From the NCBI RefSeq assembly GCF_000143415.4, contig NW_003314415.1, forward strand, positions 124,001-188,000: a stretch of DNA of 64,000 nucleotides, read 5' to 3'. Positions 40,441 through 53,095 of this stretch are shown here, in pieces. Position 1 is the stretch's first letter. The number at the start of each line of letters is the position of its first letter. This DNA comes from Selaginella moellendorffii. Lineage: Eukaryota; Plantae; Lycopodiophyta. The position numbers and the translations under genes are program-made. A model generated the notes under the pieces. The model was given only the letters and a program-made list of their open reading frames with translations. It ran no database searches and had not been told where the DNA came from.

Positions 40441-43079
40441 TCATTTTCTCTCTCGGAAATTTGCGAGGAGTTCTTCTCTTTCTTTTTGGCTCGCCGATAC
40501 CATCCACTGGCTAAATTCTTTGACGCCCAATCCTTTGAACTTGGCGAGCTCGGAGAAGAGCTCCGATTTTTTCGTCGCTGGCTTTTGCTTCGCCGCTGTT
40601 GGTTCTTTGGAGCGATCCAATTCTTTGGCTGTTTGATCGCTCCGGTGTCTTTGCTTTGGCTTTGTTTCCTTTGGAGCGTTTGATCCCTCCGCTTCTCCCT
40701 GTGTTTGTTTTGGTTCCCTTCTTGTTGTTGATGCTGATTTTCGGACGGTCTTTTCTTCTATCACCCGAGTAACTCTCGTTCTCCTGGTGATCGTTTCGCG
40801 CTCCTCGTCGCCTGAATCGATGACATCGACGAGTTCTTCAATCTTTTGGCCCCGAAGTAATCGAGCATTCACCACCTCTTCGTTCTTGTGAGCGTAAACC
40901 ACACCTACAAAACTCCGTAAGAAACAAACATCCGGTTCGCCAGAAAATCACGAACAATTACCTGATTTTGTCAGCATGTCTTGGAGTCCCACTGTTTCCT
41001 CTTCGTCTGTCTTCTGTGAGTCTTGCATATTTTCTTTCACCAGACGAGCAAGGCCGCTGACTCCATGCTCGTCATCTTCTTCTTCATCCCCGTCCTCAAG
41101 AGCTCTTGGCCTCCCTCTACGAGGCCTACACGGTTCATCGCTGTCGCTGTCGTAACTTTCGACCTGTATCTTCATTAATCTCTCTTCGTGCTGCTCAATG
41201 ATGTCGCTTGTGAAGACTTTGTCTTGAAGATCCCGGAACAAGTTGCTCAGTCCAAAAAGCTCTCCTTTGTCACCTTTGGAGTCCTGCCAATAACAAAGTT
41301 GAAACGAAAAAAGAAAGAAAAGAAGATGTTCTACCTGAACTCCTTCGAAGTATCGCTTCTCGCGATTTCCCGTGACTGCAAGGTTGAAAAGCTGCTGCTT
41401 GTATATTTGCCTGGTATAAATTAACTCCTCCAAAGACCCTGCAGCCAGTAACCGGAACACAGTGACATGGCGTTTCTGACCAAAGCGGAAAGAGCGATCT
41501 TGCGCTTGGAGATCTTGTGCTGGATTCCAGTTTGGATCAAAGACTACCACCCTGTTTGCACTCACCAGATTGAGTCCAAGACCACCAGCACGAGTAGAGA
41601 TGAGGAACACCTGGAAAAGTAACAGTTTGTATAGAAAGAAAAAAACAAATCGTTCCACCACCTGTTTGCTAGGACTAGTATTGAACTCGTCGACAATGCC
41701 CTGTCTTGCATTCATAGGTGTTGAACCATCGAGCCGGCAAAAGCAGTATCCTCGACGAATAAGAAACTTCTCTAGAATTCCAAGCATCCTGTTTAAATAC
41801 ATGAATTCGCAAGTCAAACTCACCATAAAACTGTGTCACACCAACCTCACAGAGTAGCTAAAGAGCAGCACCTTGTCACCTTGTGAAGTCCACTTGGACA
41901 AAAGGTTCTTCAGCGCAAGCATCTTGCCGCAATTCTGAGAGTCACTTAGACCGAGAAAGCTCTCATCTGGTTGAATGCCACCGAGAGAAGGAGCATCGTC
42001 ACCGAACACTAGTGATGCAAACGCTGCGTCCTTCCTTCTCTTCTCGATATCGTCACTAAGATTTGGCTTAAGAAGCTCGAGATGATTGCTCACCTGGAGA
42101 AACCAACTCACGTTAGGAGATAAATGAGTAAAAACATGTTCAAACCTGCTGGAGTTTGTTCAAGCATGGAAGAACCAAGCAGCAGGGGCATGACTCGCAT
42201 CCATCTGGATTGCCCTTGTGAAGATACGACCAAATCGGTCCCTTTGGAGCAGTTCTCAGGCAACACTTCGAGCTCGGCTCCTCACTACCGCAGCCACAAG
42301 GTTCGTTTTTCCTGACCAGGCACTGAAAGTCGGGACTTTCCAGGAGACGTTTGTAGACGCGCCTCTGTATAGGACTCATTGCGCAGAAGATGACAATGTC
42401 CTCCTTCCCTTTCAGCAGGTGTCCTATCGTCTCGTCTTTTGTTCGTCTCAAAGAGTACCTTCGTAGAACAGCCAATAGATGTTGTCTTCGTTTCTCCGCA
42501 AGCTCTACTAAAACCTGTGAGGCACTGATTTTCTGTCCCTGCTTGATTGGCTCATCGTAGTATCCTCGAAAATGCTCTCTTGTCCCAAGGCATCCCGGAG
42601 CAGCCCACTCGAAAACGTTGAACAAATCGATCAACTTATTCTGTAAGATTGTCCCTGTCAACCCGAAGCGGCACTTCGTGCGTAGCCTGCAGCATGCCTT
42701 GTAGAGCTGAGACTTTTCGTTTTTCAGGCGGTGTGCCTCGTCCACAATCACACAATCCCAATCAATCTCCTGCAGCGAGCTTCCGTGTATTCTAAAAGTA
42801 TCATGGCTGGTAATGACTACGTCGAGCTCGTCTCTCCGGACCTTGTCCACGATAGCCTCCCTTTGAGCACCATGGTAAACGCCGAGAGGGAAGCTTCCCC
42901 AAGCTTCAAACTCCCGCTGCCAATTCTCTATCACTGAAGTTGGACAAAGCACCAGCACGACCTTCTTCTTTGCTTCACTTAAGTTTGCCTTCGATCGGAA
43001 TGGAAGCCGAAAGAGCTCACCATCGTTGTGAAGTATAGCTGCGATGAAAGCTATCGACTGTATGGTCTTTCCAAGCCCC

Positions 43080-43114
<35 letters not shown>

Positions 43115-43690
43115 AAATCAAGAATAAACTTTTTGACGCGGCTTAGATGGTACTTACATATCATCACCAAGAATTCCACCGATTTTTTGCTTGTAGAGAT
43201 TATAGAGAAACCGGACACCTTCACGTTGATGCTCCAGTAGCCTGCTATTAATCGGTGCTGGAACCTACAGCAGGAAAAATATCCATGACCAAAAATTTCT
43301 TGACAAAGAATGGCTAGAGAAATTGCAAGAAGGAAAGAAACAAGACGAAAAAACGTTTGAACAAACCTCTACTCTCTCTGGTGATTCTTCGTCCGACAAT
43401 ACAAGAGGCTCGTATGGACCTTCTTTCTCGGATTGTACCAAAAGCCCAGCGTCGCTGTCCAAATTCTCCCCGGATTCTTCCTCGGCAGCCACAGAAGCAG
43501 CATTGTCTTCCTCGATTCTCACACACGGCCGTTTGAGAAGAGGCTCGTCGATTTTCTGAAGAGCTGTGCCGCTGGAATCCTCATACCTTTGCCTCTTGAC
43601 GTTGCCGTATATCCGCGCCTTGGACGCCTCGAGCGACTCTAGCTGCTCGCGAATGCTCGTCTTGGCGGGCTTCCTGGCCAGCGTCTCCAT
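40441..43690 (-). CDS. CHR9: SWI2/SNF2 ATPase, Switch2/CHR9 (ERCC6L2-like), multi-exon
   Basis: GDDM|GLGKT, DEAHRLKN, LTGTILQN, FLISTRAGGLGLNL, QAQDRSFRFGQ, with Cys-rich insert and KRYFEGVQD..GELFG. Confidence 0.85.
43082..43109. repeat. (CA)n microsatellite in an intron
   Basis: Perfect CA run. Confidence 0.92.
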
Positions 43691-43815
43691 TACTACACTT
43701 CTATAAACCCTAAAACTACAAAGAGAAAATAGGGTTTAAGCGCGCCTATCGCCAGTGCGAGAGATTTCGAGCGCCATTCTCTTTCTCGCAGGAAGATCCT
43801 CGCGTTCTTGCCGGA

Positions 43816-46050
43816 TTGAAAGCTTGCGGCAACTTGAGGGAGCTTGAGATTGGTAAGAGGATCCATCACAGCGGCTCTCCAAGCATTCTGGTCTCTAATG
43901 CCTCGATTTCCATGTACGCGAAATGCGGGAGCATGCCGGATGCGCGAGGAGTCTTCGATGGAATGGCGCGTCGCGACGTGGTTTCCTGGACAGCTTTGAT
44001 CTCCGGGTATGTTGAGAACAGGGACATCGATCGGGCTTGTGAGAGCTACGATCAAATGGAAGGTTGCGAGCCAGATGCTCGAGCGTTTCTCGCGGTTCTT
44101 ACAGCTTACGCCCGTCTAGCAGCTCAAGAAGAAGGAGTCCAAGTTTGTGGCAAGCTCGCTAAAGTTGAGGCTCTTGGAAAATCCATGGCCTTGCACGACC
44201 AGATTTTTGGAAGGGGCTGTGACAAGGATATCTTCGTAGCAAGCTCGCTGGTGGATCTCTATGCGAAGTGTGGGAGCTTGCTGGATGCCCGGATAGTTTT
44301 TGACAGGATGGCCGAGCACAACGTAGTTTCATGGACTAGTCTGGTGATGGGATACGTAGAGAATGGGGGGGCTGGAATCGCTTTGCAGCTTTTTAGTTGC
44401 TTCCACAGCACAGGACTGGTAGTGAATTCTCGAGTCATGGTTGCTGCGCTTATGGCCTGTGGAAGCTTGGCAACGAAGGAAGAGGGAACTCAAGTTTGTG
44501 GAAGGCTTGTCAAGATCGGGTGTCTAGAACAAGGTGTGGTTTTATACGAGCAGGCAAAGTCCCGGCAATTAGACTCGGAAGTTCACGTAGCGAACAGCTT
44601 GATTGACATGTTTGCGAAGTGTGGGAGCATGCAGAGAGCTCGTCGAGTTTTTGAGACAATGGAGCTTCGAAACGTTGTGTCGTGGACGTCATTGATACAG
44701 GGGTATGTAGAGAACGGGAAGGAGGAGCTAGCTCTAGATCTCTTTGGCAGTATGGAAACTCCACCAAACGCTTGGACTTTTACCACAGTGCTTATGTGCT
44801 ACGCTTCTTTAGCAGCAAAATCCAGTTGCGGAACCATGAAGACCAAGTGGCTAGAGAAAACGAAGGCTCTCCACGATGACGCTGTGAAGTCTGGCTGTTC
44901 TTTGGATATCGTTATGGCCAACACGCTAGTTTTTACCTACATGAAGTGTGGGAGCATGGTAGATGCCGATCAAGTTTTCAGCAGCATTGGACGGGTCGCA
45001 AACGTTGTCTCGTGGACGTCGATGATTCTCGGGTATACAGAAAATGGAGAGCACGAACAAGCTCTAGAACATTTTTACAGGATGAAAGCAGCAGGAAGTG
45101 CTCCCGATTCTCGAGCATTTGTCGCAGCTCTTACGGCCATGGGAAGATTAGCGGAGAAAGAAGCGAATGAGCTCCAGGATTCTGCCAAGACCAAGTGTCT
45201 GGAGAGAGCAGTGGAGATGCACTTGGAAATCACAGCAAGCGGGCTCGACTCGGACAGTTTCGTCGCAAACACGTTGATGGAGGTTTATGCAAAGTGTAGG
45301 TGCATGCCGAAGGCTCGCCAGGTCTTCCAAGGGATGGTGAATCGCAACACCGCAAGCTGGAACACTATGATCCTGGGCTATGTCAAGAATGGTGCTAGCG
45401 AGCAGGCTTTGGAAACATTTACTCGTATGAAACTCGAGCCACGCCGGGGTTGTGAACCGAATCATCAAACTTACGTCGCGGTGCTGACTGCTCTTGGAGA
45501 CTTAAGCACAGGGTTAGAGGCTGGCCGAGAAATCCATGGAGAAATATGCAGGAGAGGACTGATCGAAGAGCCATCATCAAGCTCTCCCCCGGTTCTAGCA
45601 ACTTGTTTGCTGGATTTCTACGCAAAGTCCGCGAGCATGGCTGCTGCCCGGCACGTCTTCGACTCGGTTTTCCTCGGTGGTGGTGATGCTGCTATTTGGA
45701 ACGCACTGATCTCCGGCTACAGCATCCAAGGTGACACTTTCCAAGTTTGTAGCTCGTTCCGGGAGATGAGAGGCGCAGGGATCCAACCGGACGAGGCTAC
45801 GTTCCAATCGATCTTGATGTCGTGCAGTCACGCCGGTCTCTTGGACGAGGCAAGGAAGTTCTTCCGCGAGATGGGCAGTGTTTATGGAATCGCTCCAAGG
45901 ATGGAGCACTACAGTTGCATGGTCGATTTGCTTGGAAGAGCAAACCGTGTTGAGGAGGGTATGGAGCTTCTGGAAAGAATGCCATGGAAAGCTGATACTG
46001 TGGCATGGACGAGCATATTGAGCGCTTGGTCTCAAACGGAACAAAAGTAG
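43816..46050 (+). CDS. PLS-class pentatricopeptide repeat protein (first ATG about 43911; ends at the start of the E domain)
   Basis: Repeated SL.DMYAKCGS..DAR.VFD.M..RNVVSWT motifs, CSHAGLLDEA, EHYSCMVDLLGRA. Intronless. Confidence 0.88.
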   Translation: MKACGNLRELEIGKRIHHSGSPSILVSNASISMYAKCGSMPDARGVFDGMARRDVVSWTALISGYVENRDIDRACESYDQMEGCEPDARAFLAVLTAYARLAAQEEGVQVCGKLAKVEALGKSMALHDQIFGRGCDKDIFVASSLVDLYAKCGSLLDARIVFDRMAEHNVVSWTSLVMGYVENGGAGIALQLFSCFHSTGLVVNSRVMVAALMACGSLATKEEGTQVCGRLVKIGCLEQGVVLYEQAKSRQLDSEVHVANSLIDMFAKCGSMQRARRVFETMELRNVVSWTSLIQGYVENGKEELALDLFGSMETPPNAWTFTTVLMCYASLAAKSSCGTMKTKWLEKTKALHDDAVKSGCSLDIVMANTLVFTYMKCGSMVDADQVFSSIGRVANVVSWTSMILGYTENGEHEQALEHFYRMKAAGSAPDSRAFVAALTAMGRLAEKEANELQDSAKTKCLERAVEMHLEITASGLDSDSFVANTLMEVYAKCRCMPKARQVFQGMVNRNTASWNTMILGYVKNGASEQALETFTRMKLEPRRGCEPNHQTYVAVLTALGDLSTGLEAGREIHGEICRRGLIEEPSSSSPPVLATCLLDFYAKSASMAAARHVFDSVFLGGGDAAIWNALISGYSIQGDTFQVCSSFREMRGAGIQPDEATFQSILMSCSHAGLLDEARKFFREMGSVYGIAPRMEHYSCMVDLLGRANRVEEGMELLERMPWKADTVAWTSILSAWSQTEQK

Positions 46051-46222
46051 AATTTCTACACTTCCATCATACGTATGATAAAAGGTTTGAAAGGTGACAA
46101 AACTTAATAACAAGAGAATCAAGCAGGATACTTGCTGATGTTTATATGATCTGCCAGAACATTACAAGCTTTTCTCTCTCCATTCTTATATACTACCAGA
46201 GTTAAGAAAGAATCACAAGCTA

Positions 46223-48310
46223 TTAACAAGATAAAGTTGTTGCAAGGAGGGCATAGGACGACGAGCTCTGAGGATCTAAAACGAATGCTTCTCTTGCAAC
46301 TAATCTCCCTTGCGCCGCATTACTATGAAGTTTGCAAGCAGTGAGCAATGCCTTCCACCCAGCCCCATTTTGATACTTCCCAGGGATCAGTGCCATGACC
46401 TGAGACGCCTCACTCACAAGCCCCACTCTCCCCAGCAAGTTAATCATCGAGTAGTAGTGCTCCCTCGTCCAATCCACCGAGTGGTCCATCAAGATCGATG
46501 TGAAGCAGCTCCGTGCTGCCACCAAAACACCAACGTCGCTACAAGCAGCGAGCAAACAAAGCCCACCGACGTGATCGATCTCGAGGCCATGAAGCAGCAT
46601 TTGCTTCACGAGCTCTAGAGCTTCCTGGTTATGCCCGTTCTGGGCATATCCAGTGAGCATCGCATTCCAGGAGACGGCATTTCGTTCGAGCATACCATCG
46701 AAGAGCCTCTTCGCCGCTGCTACGTCTCCGGCTTGCGAAAACGCCGCCACCATTGCGTTTGTCGAAACCAAACTCCTTTGCGGCATCTCATTGTAGATTT
46801 CCAACGCGTTTGAAAGTTGCCCAGACTGGGCAAATGCTGTGAGAAGTATGTTCCAGGACGCTGGATCTCTTTCCTTCATGCAATGGAATGCCTTGCTAGC
46901 GTCCTCCGTACAGCCCGCCTGCGCGTACGCTCCTACCAGCGTGTTCCCGCTCCGTACGTCCCTCTCCGGCGCGCTGTCAAAGAGAAACTTGGCCTCTTCG
47001 ACGAGCCCGGCCTGCGATAAGGCGACGAGCATCGCGTTGCACGAGACGACGCTGATCTCCGGCATGGAATCGAATGTGAGCTTGGCGTCGCGGAGGTGCC
47101 CATTCTCGGCGTACGCTGCCACTGCCACCGTGCCCAGGACCACGTCCCAGCGAGGGAGCGATCGGAGGATCTCGCCCACTTGATCCACGAGCCCATGGCG
47201 TGAGTAAGCCGCGATGATCGCAGTGAAGGTCGCGAGATTGGGGCGATCCATCCGCGCGAGCAGTGCCTCTGCCTCGTCGAGGTTTCCCGAGAGAGCGTAT
47301 GCCTGGATCATCGTGTTCCAGGAGACGTGATCCCTCTGCTGGGGATCCATTGATTCGAAGAACTCTCGGGCTCGATCTAGCGAGGGATCCATTGCGACGA
47401 GCACGCTCAGGATCGAGTTGCAAGAGACGGTGTCTTGCGCGGGCATCGAATCGAAGAAGCTCTTCGCTTGATCGAGATACCCGTTCTGCGCATAAGCTTG
47501 GAGCATTGTGTTCCACGACACTGGATCTCTCTCCTGGGATGAATCAAAGAGAGCTTTTGCTTTCTCCAAATGCCCAGCTTGGGCATATGTTGCAATCATT
47601 GCATTTCGCGACACAAGATTTGGACAGGGCATTTGGTGGAAGATCGCCTCTGCCTGATCGATCTGTCCTAATCTTGCGTGGAGTGCCAGCACAGAATTCC
47701 AAGAGACGCTGTCGTGCTCCGGCATGGATTGCAGCATTGCTTTGGCCTCCTCAAAATGCCCGTTCACGGCAAGAGCTTGGATCATCGCATTCCAGACGAA
47801 CAGATTCCTGATGGGCGATCGATCAAAGAGTAGCTGCGCTTCGTGGAGATTACCGTCCTGCGCGTAGGCCGCGATCATTGCTGTGATCGCGACGAGGCTC
47901 CCGGCGCCCGCCATAGCCGCGCTATCGAGCAAGCTCCTCGCTTGTTCTAGATGCCCAGTTTGGGCATTTAGGGTGATCATGGTGTTCCACGAGACAGCGT
48001 TCCTGTACGGCATGGCGTCGAAGACGCGCTGGGCCTGGTCCTCCTGGCCATTGCTGCCGTACGCCTGGATGAGTATGTTATAGGAGAAGAGATTGGGCCG
48101 CGCGATGGCGTCAAAGGCGCGTTGGGCGTCGCTAGGGCAGCGGCATTTGCCATACATTTGGATTAGGAGGTTGGAGATGTAGAGATTTTGGCGCAGGGCG
48201 GCGCTACTCGCGATGATCCGCGCGTGGATCTTTCTCGCCGCGGCTAGATCGCCGCTCTCACCGCAGATCTTCACGGCGCTGGCTAGCTCCTCGATCGATG
48301 ATGATTGCAT
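46223..48310 (-). CDS. PPR protein with a long array of short (S/SS-type) repeats and an E-like tail
   Basis: Tandem ~31-aa repeats (AYAQ.G.L..AK..FDSMP..D.VSWN), ending LLGRVG..WKALLTACKLH..SSYALL. Confidence 0.9.
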   Translation of the reverse strand: MQSSSIEELASAVKICGESGDLAAARKIHARIIASSAALRQNLYISNLLIQMYGKCRCPSDAQRAFDAIARPNLFSYNILIQAYGSNGQEDQAQRVFDAMPYRNAVSWNTMITLNAQTGHLEQARSLLDSAAMAGAGSLVAITAMIAAYAQDGNLHEAQLLFDRSPIRNLFVWNAMIQALAVNGHFEEAKAMLQSMPEHDSVSWNSVLALHARLGQIDQAEAIFHQMPCPNLVSRNAMIATYAQAGHLEKAKALFDSSQERDPVSWNTMLQAYAQNGYLDQAKSFFDSMPAQDTVSCNSILSVLVAMDPSLDRAREFFESMDPQQRDHVSWNTMIQAYALSGNLDEAEALLARMDRPNLATFTAIIAAYSRHGLVDQVGEILRSLPRWDVVLGTVAVAAYAENGHLRDAKLTFDSMPEISVVSCNAMLVALSQAGLVEEAKFLFDSAPERDVRSGNTLVGAYAQAGCTEDASKAFHCMKERDPASWNILLTAFAQSGQLSNALEIYNEMPQRSLVSTNAMVAAFSQAGDVAAAKRLFDGMLERNAVSWNAMLTGYAQNGHNQEALELVKQMLLHGLEIDHVGGLCLLAACSDVGVLVAARSCFTSILMDHSVDWTREHYYSMINLLGRVGLVSEASQVMALIPGKYQNGAGWKALLTACKLHSNAAQGRLVAREAFVLDPQSSSSYALLATTLSC

Positions 48311-48366
48311 AGGATCGCATCGCCGGGAGGTTTAGGGTTTATCGATCGGGGGCAAAATATGAGGAG

Positions 48367-50659
48367 ATGAGGAGAGCCGCGTCTCGGCTGCGCGGAGTCG
48401 TGCTGCATTCGATCCATCGGGAGTTTACCAGCAGCGGCGTGAGGAATGCGAGAGACAAGGTCGGACCGTCTGGAGAGATCAGTAAGTTTGCAAGGAAGAA
48501 ATTCGAGAAGCTGCGGCAGCAGCCGGTGGAGAGGCCCTATGTCGCTCCACAGCCGGCGGCGCCGCTCTCGCCTGTCAAGGTGGTGGAGATTTTCGAGGGC
48601 ATGACGATGCGGGAGCTTGCATCTCGGCTCCAGCAGACAGAGAGCGCTGTGCAATCCATCTTGAGCGATCTTGGCGAGAGCTGTGAGTCCGGTGACGAGG
48701 CGCTGGCCTTCGATGCATCAGAGCTAGTTGCACTGGTACGTGATCTTTTCTTTCTTTCTCTAGTTCTTTTCTTGTGGTTCTTTTCGCAAGTCTTTGCTGC
48801 TTCTCTTTAGATGACTTTGCTGCTTGTCTTAGATGAAAAGATCTTTGTAGCTTCTTATTGTTGATTCACTGATCGTTACTTTTCCAGGAATTCGGAGCTC
48901 AAGTGAAAAGAGTTGACGCGGAAGTAAAGAAAGATGATCCTCAGAAGGAAGTGATACCACTGCGTCCTCCAGTGATCACTGTTATGGGGCACGTCGATCA
49001 CGGGAAAACTTCGCTGCTCGATGCACTGCGCAAGTCATCTGTTGCTGCGGGTGAGGCCGGAGGAATCACGCAGCACCTCGGTGCTTTTGTCGTGAAAATG
49101 TCCTCGGGAGCATCCCTTACCTTTCTGGACACGCCGGGCCACGCGGCTTTCAGTGCAATGCGAGCTCGCGGGGCGGCAGTGACGGACATCGTCGTTCTCG
49201 TCGTTGCTGCCGACGATGGTGTCAAGCCTCAAACGCTAGAAGCGCTGTCTCACGCACAGGAGGCCAAGGTTCCGATAGTGGTGGCGATCAACAAGTGTGA
49301 CAAGGAAGACGCGGATCCTGCCAGGGTGCGGCAGCAGCTTATCATGCACAGCGTCGAGCTTGAAGAGATTGGTGGCGACGTCCAGGTTGTCGAGGTCTCG
49401 GCTAAGCAGAGCACGGGACTTAACAAGCTAGAGGAAGCTCTACTGCTCATGTCAGAGATGATGGACCTCCGAGCCCGGACCGACGGCGATGCTCACGGGG
49501 TTGTCATCGAGGCAAGGCTTGATCGGGGCCAAGGGCCTTTGGCAACGGTGATAGTGCGATCGGGCACGTTGAAACAGGGAGCCATTGTCGTTGTTGGTCA
49601 CCAGTGGGGGCGTGTGAGATGCTTGCGGGATATGGCAGGAGCTATTGTCAAGTCTGCTGGGCCTGCTACACCTGTTGAGGTATCAGGACTCCGGGGAGCT
49701 CCGCTAGCTGGGGACTCGCTCAACGTTTTGCAAAGCGAGGACAGGGCTAAGAAGCTGGCCGAGAAGAGGCAGCTGATTATGGAGCACGACAGATTGCAAA
49801 AGCGTAACTTAAAAGCTGCTGCTGCTACTCCTGCTACTCCGGCCGCCGAAGATGAAGGGACCGACCAAGCTCCGAAGGCAGTCAACATGCCGCTCGTTGT
49901 GAAAGCCGACGTGCAAGGGACCTTAGAAGCTGTTCTTGAAGCCCTCGAAAGCTTGAACAACGAACAGGTGAAGTCCTATATTTTACCTTCTTTCATCTGA
50001 GGTTGTCTGTAACCTTTTGTACCAGGTATCTGTGAGTATCGTGCATTCCGGAATTGGCCCCGTGTCGGAAGCAGATTTTCTTCTAGCCGAAGCATGTCAG
50101 GGCTGCTTAATTGCTTTCACCGTCAAGTGCTTGCCATCGGTAGAAGCAATGGCTCGTCGTGCTAAAATCCCGGTATGTTCTTTTTTATGCATTGACTTGA
50201 AACTACTATTCATGTTTTCATTTACAGCTTGTTCATCACCGTGTTATTTACCATTTGTTGGAAGAAGTTGGGAAGCTGATAATTGAGAGGGCTCCAGGAA
50301 CTTCGGAGACCCGGATTGCCGGGCAGGCCGAAGTTCTCGCCATCTTTGAGATTAAAGGCAAAGGCAGGGCAGGGGTTGGAGCAGCCAAGATTGCAGGCTG
50401 CCGAGTCTTCGAGGGACGCCTGCTCAAGGGTCAGCGTGTCAAAGTCCTCCGGAGTGGCACGGAGCTGTTTGACGGGAAACTTTCGTCGCTCAAGAGGGAG
50501 AAGCTGGACGTGGACACGGTTGGGAAGGGGACGGAATGCGGGCTTATTGTCAACGAATGGATGGAATTCAGTGTCGGGGACGTTGTGCAGTGCATCGAAG
50601 AGTACAAGAGATTGCCGACGTTTGTTTCTTCGGATGGGAAAGCGAGGATCGAATGCTGA
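48367..50659 (+). CDS. Organellar (probably mitochondrial) translation initiation factor IF-2
   Basis: [61 protein letters not shown]. Arg-rich presequence. Confidence 0.93.
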
Positions 50660-50951
50660 GGTTTTGCTAGAATGACACCAGAGTGGTTTTGGTAACTCCA
50701 ATCTTGACAGAACCTTTTCAGGTACTGTATTCTTCTTCTCTTTTTTTTTCTTCTTCTTTCTTCTCTTCTTTGCGGTTAGCAATAAGAAGTGCTGTGCTCT
50801 TTAATAACCCCGTGCATTGCAGCTGGTTTGGTGTATACCTTGCTTCTTCTAGTGTCTTTGTCTACCTTTCCTTCGTAATCCGGCATTGCTCGAAGAGTCT
50901 TTGGCGTCGATATAAGCTGCTTGTTTCGTCCTAGGTAGAGCAACTAGAGCT

Positions 50952-51489
50952 ATGGAAGACGACTATCGCTACTATCAGCTAGGATTGAGAGTCTTGGGAT
51001 TTGCTCTTACTTCTGTGGCTTTTTCGTGTATGGGAGCAGCGCTTCCAGTGTCCCCGACATCTCTGACGAGCTATGCCTCTTTCAAGTAAGCAATCTTTGT
51101 GGAAGAGATCCTTTCTAACGAGTTTCCTTTGCAGCTTTTTGCTGGCTACCAATGTCCTTGCATGCCTCTACTCGGGAGCTCAGGTTGCCGTTTTAGCAGC
51201 GAACAGAAAGAAGCTCACAGATTTTTACAAAACCTCCAGCTTAATCCTCGATCAAGTAAGTCACTACATCTATAGTTTTCGTCAGGTCGCACGCATCCTC
51301 TCTTTGCAGATTTTCACTTGCTTGCTGCTTGCAAGCGCGTCGGCAGCTAGTGCCGCTTTCCAAGCGCTCGAACTGTGTAAGCAAGACCTGGCCACTTGCC
51401 TACGAGTAACATCGTCGGTGGTAGCGGGATTTGTGGCCTTTTCAGCACTCTACGCCTCCACAGTCGTATCGTTCCTCACCGCAAGGTAA
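50952..51489 (+). CDS. CASP-like (MARVEL/DUF588) four-TM protein, 3 exons
   Basis: LGLRVLGFALTSVAFSCM..YASF|FLLATNVLACLYSGAQ..ILDQ|IFTCLLLASASAA..C..VTSSVVAGFVAF. Confidence 0.85.
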
Positions 51490-51556
51490 ATCCCGGCTTT
51501 TCCATATGTATATACATACATGCAATTGCTTACTACTTGTCATGTACAAAACAGGG

Positions 51557-52381
51557 CTATCGAGCTATCAAGTCGAGATCATCCTCCTCCTCCAGATCAT
51601 GCTCATTCATCTGCTTGATCCTCTTGCCGTCTCGAGGGCCGGTTCGTCGCTTTTGCTTCCCGCTGCGATCCAAATAGAAGAAAGAAAGTTGAGAATAAGG
51701 TAAACAAGAAGTTCGCGTGCTCTACTTACGGCCCGTTTGCTGGCGTTCCCGCGATCTTGATCCGACTTTGGCCGCTTCCATCTAGTCTTCCCTCGGTGTC
51801 TCGTCCTAGAGCATTCTCTTCGGCCTTGGAAGAGACAACAAAAAGAAGAATGGCCGGGTATGGTGAAAAAAGTTGGCATTACTAGACACATAATTCTCTG
51901 GTTTTGGTGGTTTTTTTTTTCTTTCAACTTACAGCAGGGGAAGTGACCGAAGACAAAGAAAACAAACGATCCTCGGTGGAGAACTTGCGTGGTCTCTTCA
52001 TGCTGAGAGAGAAAGAGAAAGAGATTCAAAGGTTACGTTAATCTTTGATTCGAGCAATGCTTCTTTTTTTTTTTTTTTTGGTTGCTTTGCTCGAGAGCAA
52101 ACTTACTTTCCAGCTCCCTTGGCGGAGGAGAGAAATCCCTCGAATCCCTTGAGAACGTTGCCGCACTGGCTCGAGTCGTGCAGATAAGTGGTCTCGAGAT
52201 CATACACCTGTAAATGATTCCGGAATATCCAGAGATGCCAAAGATATATTCCCTTTACACAAACCTGCTTCTCAACGTTTCGGAGCTCCTCGAGGAGCTT
52301 CTCCCGTTTGGAGACGCACAGGGCGAGATTGGCCTGTGGATTCAACTGCGCGGCCGCGCGCTGCTGCTGGCTCGCCGCCAT
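51557..52381 (-). CDS. EAF6: NuA4 subunit EAF6/MEAF6, multi-exon
   Basis: LLEELRNVEKQ|VYDLETTYL..GNVLKGFEGFLSS..RKFSTEDRLFSLSSVTSPA. Confidence 0.92.
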
Positions 52382-53095
52382 ATCTACCATTTTGGCCCGG
52401 GGGAAACAAAACCCTAGCGCTAGGGCTATGGGCAGATATTCCGTCAGCTTGACGGAATGTCTTTCCCGACATCTACTCCATACATTTTAAATATATATAT
52501 TAGTTTTAATATTTTATGTATTAAATTGAGGAATCCAAAAACGAGGATTTGAAGAAACATCAGGTGGAGCAACAATATATTCGTTGCCAGCACAAAGTCC
52601 TGTTAAGTGCTTCCATGACAGAAAAAAGAAAGATTCTTATTCATAAGAACAAGCAAAGGTGGAAGAACGAAGAAGATAGACCGACTGTTTTTTTTTATTC
52701 TGGAGGGCTGAATGTTGTGGCAAACCTCAGGTCCTATTTGCTGCCGCACTTCCACTGAGTAGGCAGACCTCTTAGACAAAGCACGATTGGGAAAACAAAT
52801 CAACTGGGTGGATGAGAGTTGTATTTGCTGGTATGGTCTCACTTGTATGAAGAATGATCTTTAAATATACCATCCACCAAAAAAGATGAAAATAATAGAA
52901 AAATTGAGCTTCACATTTGTGCAACTTATGACCTCAAAATTCTTCTGTCTCATCTAAGGGCATTACAAAACTTATATTCTTTCGAAGGGAAGCTGTGAAG
53001 ATTTACAACAAAACACAGAAAACAAAGCAGCATATAAACTTGATCAAGATGCCATCAGACTAGGACAACATCAACTCCAACAACACATACCACCT

